A DNA stretch of 55,875 nt from Gemmatimonadales bacterium (lineage in GTDB: Bacteria > Gemmatimonadota > Gemmatimonadetes > Gemmatimonadales > GWC2-71-9). The position numbers were made by a program, and so were the translations under genes. Positions within the stretch are counted from its first letter, which is position 1; every line of letters starts with the position of its first letter. Below, in pieces: positions 52,426 through 55,875 of the stretch. The notes under the pieces were generated by a model, which made no database searches, was not told the DNA's origin, and saw nothing but the letters and a program-made list of their open reading frames with translations. Location of the stretch: contig DATIWU010000010.1 of the NCBI GenBank assembly GCA_035519195.1, positions 1-55,875 of the forward strand. Direction: 5' to 3'.

Positions 52426-54486
52426 TCACCCCACCCTGAACAGCTCCAACCCTCGCTCATATCGCGCGAGGATTCGTTCGCGGAACCGGGCATGCTCGGC
52501 CCGCTCGAGGGCCGGATCGCGCGCGATGATGTCGGCCGCGGCGCGCCGCGCCGCTTCGACCAGCGGGAGGTCGGTCTCAAAATTGGCATACTTGAGCTCG
52601 GCGCTCCCTGACTGCCGCGCGCCCGCCAGCTCGCCCATGCCCCGCTCCTTCAAATCGAGCTCCGCGATGGCAAACCCATCGGTCGTCCTGGCGAAGTCTG
52701 TGAGCCGCGCGGTCGCCTCCGGCGCGTTGGAGAGCAGGATGCAATGGCTCTGCGCTTCACCGCGCCCGACGCGCCCGCGCAGCTGATGAAGCTGGGCGAG
52801 GCCGAAGCGCTCGGCGTGCTCGATCAGCATGACGGACGCGTTCGGGACATCGATGCCGACCTCGATGACCGTGGTGGCCACGAGAATCTGGATCTGGTTG
52901 TCGCGGAACTCGCGCATCACCCGGTCGCGATCGTCGGGGGGGACACGGCCGTGCACGAGCCCGACCCTGAGCTCGGGAAACGTGCGCGCGAGCCGCGCGG
53001 CCATCGTGGTCGCGGCCTTCAGGTCGGCGTTCTCGGATTCGTCGATCACCGGATAAATGACGTACGCCTGCCGCCCGGCACGGGCCTCGCTCCGGAGGAA
53101 TTCGTAGATCTTCGCGCGAGCCGCGTCGTTTCGCAGCGCGGTCTTGACTGAGCCCCGGCCCGGAGGCCGTTCACGGATCTGGGTGACGTCGAGGTCGCCG
53201 TACAACGTCAGGGCCAGTGAGCGCGGGATTGGCGTCGCCGTGAGCAGCAGGACATCCGGTGCATCGCCCTTTTCGACGAGGGCGGCGCGCTGCTCGACGC
53301 CAAACCGGTGCTGCTCGTCCACGACCGCCAGCCCGAGCCGCTCGAACGCCACCTCTTCCTGAATCAGCGCGTGGGTCCCGACGACGATCCGCGCATCGCC
53401 GCGCGACAGCCGGTCGCGGGCCGCGATTTTGGCGCCGGCCGGAAGCCGGCCGATCAGGAGATCGGGGATCAGCGCGAGCGGCGCGAGCAGCCGGCTCAGC
53501 GTGGCATGGTGCTGCTCCGCCAGCAACTCGGTTGGCGCCATGAGCGCCGCCTGGTACCCGTTTTCGAGTGCCAGGAGCATGGCAAACAGGGCGACGACGG
53601 TTTTGCCGGTTCCCACGTCGCCCATTAACAAGCGGTGCATGCGGTCGGAGGCGGTCATGTCCGCCATGATCTCATCGATCGCTCGTCGCTGATCGCCGGT
53701 GAGCGCGAACGGCAAACCGCGGGCGAGACGATCCGTCAGATCGTGGTGGCGGACGAACTGGATACCTGAGCGGCCGCGCTTCGCCAGAAAGCGGGCGCGC
53801 GCCTGCACGAGCTGTTGATCGAACAATTCGTCGTACGCGAGGCGGCGGCGCCCTGCCTCCGCGGCTTCGAGACTGCCGGGCCGATGCATCGCGTCGAGCG
53901 CGCGAGCGAGCGGCGGCAAGCCGAGCCCTTCCAGACGCTCGCGCGGATGCGGATCCTGCGCGAGCCGCAGCAGGTCGTCCAGGTGCTGGTGTACGAGCGC
54001 GCGGATCTGCCGGTGTGTGAGACCTTCGGTGGCGGGGTAGATCGGCAGGACGAGCCCGCGCTCGGGCTCCTCGCCGTTGTCCGATAACACGAGGAACTCT
54101 CGCGGCACGATTTGCCGTCCGTGGTAGTAGCGGACGGGACCGGTGACGAGCAACAGCTGCCCGGCAACGATCTGGCGCTCGAGAAACGGTTGTCCCGGCC
54201 AGGCGCACTCGAGCACGCCGCTCGCGTCGCGCAGGACGGCGTGGAACACCCGCAGGCCGCGCCGGGTCGGCAGGACCCCGGTCGAGACGACCCGCCCGAC
54301 ACTGGTCACCTCGTGGCCTACGGTCGCCCGCGCCAACGGCGTCAGCGCGGTGGCGTCGAGATAGCGATGGGGCGTGTGATACAGCAGATCGCCCACGGAC
54401 CGGATGCCGAGTCGGGCGAGTGCCTCCGCGCGTTTCGGCCCCACCCCTTTCAGAAACTTGACGGGTGTCGTGATCTCGAGCGGCAT
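52426..54486 (-). CDS. recG: ATP-dependent DNA helicase RecG
   Basis: LKGVGPK, wedge domain, GDVGTGKT, DEQHRFG, ATPIPR, QLHQLRGRVGR. Confidence 0.97.
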   Translation of the reverse strand: MPLEITTPVKFLKGVGPKRAEALARLGIRSVGDLLYHTPHRYLDATALTPLARATVGHEVTSVGRVVSTGVLPTRRGLRVFHAVLRDASGVLECAWPGQPFLERQIVAGQLLLVTGPVRYYHGRQIVPREFLVLSDNGEEPERGLVLPIYPATEGLTHRQIRALVHQHLDDLLRLAQDPHPRERLEGLGLPPLARALDAMHRPGSLEAAEAGRRRLAYDELFDQQLVQARARFLAKRGRSGIQFVRHHDLTDRLARGLPFALTGDQRRAIDEIMADMTASDRMHRLLMGDVGTGKTVVALFAMLLALENGYQAALMAPTELLAEQHHATLSRLLAPLALIPDLLIGRLPAGAKIAARDRLSRGDARIVVGTHALIQEEVAFERLGLAVVDEQHRFGVEQRAALVEKGDAPDVLLLTATPIPRSLALTLYGDLDVTQIRERPPGRGSVKTALRNDAARAKIYEFLRSEARAGRQAYVIYPVIDESENADLKAATTMAARLARTFPELRVGLVHGRVPPDDRDRVMREFRDNQIQILVATTVIEVGIDVPNASVMLIEHAERFGLAQLHQLRGRVGRGEAQSHCILLSNAPEATARLTDFARTTDGFAIAELDLKERGMGELAGARQSGSAELKYANFETDLPLVEAARRAAADIIARDPALERAEHARFRERILARYERGLELFRVG

Positions 54487-55346
54487 CAGGTACTCACGAC
54501 GCGACGCGCATAGAGCTCGGGGTTGAATGGCTCCAAGTCGTCCAGCCCTTCCCCGGTGCCGATGAACCGTACCGGCACTCGCACCTCCCGCCGCAAGGCG
54601 ATCACACTGCCGCCCTTCGCCGTGCCGTCGAGCTTCGTCACGATGAGCCCGGTGAGGGGAATGGCGGCGGCAAACGTTTTGCCTTGTTGGACGGCATTCT
54701 GTCCGGTCGCGCCGTCCAGCACCAGCAGCGATTCGTGCGGCGCCCCGCTCGAGGGATGCGCTTTGGCCGCGACCCGAACCACCTTCTTCAGTTCTTCCAC
54801 CAGCCGCTCATCTGTGTGGAGCCGTCCGGCCGTATCCACGAGCACCGTGTCCACCCCGCGCGCCCGAGCCGCGCTGATCGCGTCGAACGCGACGGCGGCC
54901 GGATCGGACCGTTCGCCTCCGCTCACGCATGGTACGCCAAGCCGGTCAGCCCAGATGCGCAGCTGATCGACCGCGCCCGGGCGAAACGTATCGGCGGCCG
55001 CGAGCAGCGGGGCGCGCCCCTGTTGCATGAGTCTGCGGGCCAGCTTCGCCACGGTCGTCGTTTTGCCGACGCCGTTGACGCCGAATACCAGAACGACTGT
55101 GGGCGCGCGCTCGGCATGCGCGATGTCGCCCGGCGCAGGCCCCGTCTGGCCATCCGTGACAAGCTCCGCGATGGTGCGCTCGAGCGTTTCCTGAAATTCG
55201 CTGTCCTTGACGCCCGACAGCCGGGCCAGGATCTCGGCGGTGGCCGCCACTCCGAAGTCGGCTTCGAGCAGCAGGCGCTCGGCGGCGTCGCGTTCCGCCG
55301 GGCTCGCGCGGCCGAACACGCGGCGAATGCGATCCCACAGCGACAT
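54486..55346 (-). CDS. ftsY: Signal recognition particle receptor FtsY (short form)
   Basis: LLEADFG, GVNGVGKTT, DTFR, DTAGR, TKLDGTAKGG, GTGE. Confidence 0.96.
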   Translation of the reverse strand: MSLWDRIRRVFGRASPAERDAAERLLLEADFGVAATAEILARLSGVKDSEFQETLERTIAELVTDGQTGPAPGDIAHAERAPTVVLVFGVNGVGKTTTVAKLARRLMQQGRAPLLAAADTFRPGAVDQLRIWADRLGVPCVSGGERSDPAAVAFDAISAARARGVDTVLVDTAGRLHTDERLVEELKKVVRVAAKAHPSSGAPHESLLVLDGATGQNAVQQGKTFAAAIPLTGLIVTKLDGTAKGGSVIALRREVRVPVRFIGTGEGLDDLEPFNPELYARRVVST

Positions 55347-55875
55347 CAGGGCATTCCCTGGCGCCGCCGCCACGCCCATTCGCCCGTGAACGCGGCAAGC
55401 GCGAGCGCGAACAGCCACCACCGATCGCGCGCGGCCAGCCCCATGACCTCCGCGTCGCTTGCGCCTGGTTGGGCACGCAGCACCGGCTCGGCCGGACGCC
55501 ATTCATCCGAATACGTGTCCACGGCGACCATGCCATGCTCCGAGCCCCCGGCCAGCTGGTACCGATAGGTGCCGGGGGGAAGCACCAGCATGCTCTCGCC
55601 TGCCGCGTTCCACCGCAGGGTGTCTCGCCTCGCCGTGCTGCCGTTGCTGAAGGTCGCGACGAGATCATCCGGCGTGCCGGAGCCGATCCAGCGCCACGAC
55701 AGCGGCGTGCCATTCGTGACGACGAGCGCTTCGGGAATGGCACGGATTTCGGCGCCCGTGCGATGCTCGGCCAGGAGCCAGTCCGCGAGCGCGGCAACGA
55801 GCGAACGATAGGCTTCGGCGCTTCTGCCGCCGCGAAACACCCAACGATACAACCCGGCGGCGCCGATTTCCGCCC
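55346..55875 (-). CDS. Hypothetical membrane protein, C-terminal part (truncated by the window edge)
   Basis: Frame is open to the window end; PGTYRY Ig-like segment and terminal TM helix followed by EWAWRRR; TGATG overlap with ftsY. Confidence 0.75.
   Translation of the reverse strand, partial: AEIGAAGLYRWVFRGGRSAEAYRSLVAALADWLLAEHRTGAEIRAIPEALVVTNGTPLSWRWIGSGTPDDLVATFSNGSTARRDTLRWNAAGESMLVLPPGTYRYQLAGGSEHGMVAVDTYSDEWRPAEPVLRAQPGASDAEVMGLAARDRWWLFALALAAFTGEWAWRRRQGMP

Overview
High-GC bacterial chromosomal segment that is almost entirely core/housekeeping and mostly encoded on the minus strand. Gene content and order suggest Gemmatimonadota; this is an inference, no search was run. From the right-hand end leftwards: ftsY-recG, a plus-strand PQQ-repeat beta-propeller plus small partner, asnS, mazG (+), alr-deoB-cdd, a lipoprotein/outer-membrane barrel pair, mtaB-miaB-comFB-comEC, PPi-type pfk, MtfA peptidase, methylmalonyl-CoA mutase large subunit, a small accessory block (1-PFK-family kinase on +, NTF2-like, mscL, etc.), then one long tightly coupled minus-strand run: FmdB-argS-pfkB-purM-ribD/E/BA/H-nusB-GT4-hpf-hprK-mannose-type PTS IIA/B/C/D-HPr-EI-metK-ahcY-DUF151-hypothetical-[cobalamin riboswitch]-btuF/C/D/B-beta-propeller lipoprotein-recO-selB, followed by a stand-alone T9SS-CTD/FlgD-like protein, clpB and partial tadA. 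I found no CRISPR array, rRNA, tRNA, transposase or prophage. The most notable signals are: (1) G-rich 7-bp tandem repeats inside four unrelated genes (five loci), always on the coding strand; (2) an inverted doublet of 42-bp palindromic elements that supplies the recO stop codon and covers the selB initiation region; (3) a riboswitch-headed B12 uptake cassette with a BtuG-like lipoprotein, coupled to recO-selB; (4) a sigma-54-type promoter with an adjacent palindrome upstream of clpB.
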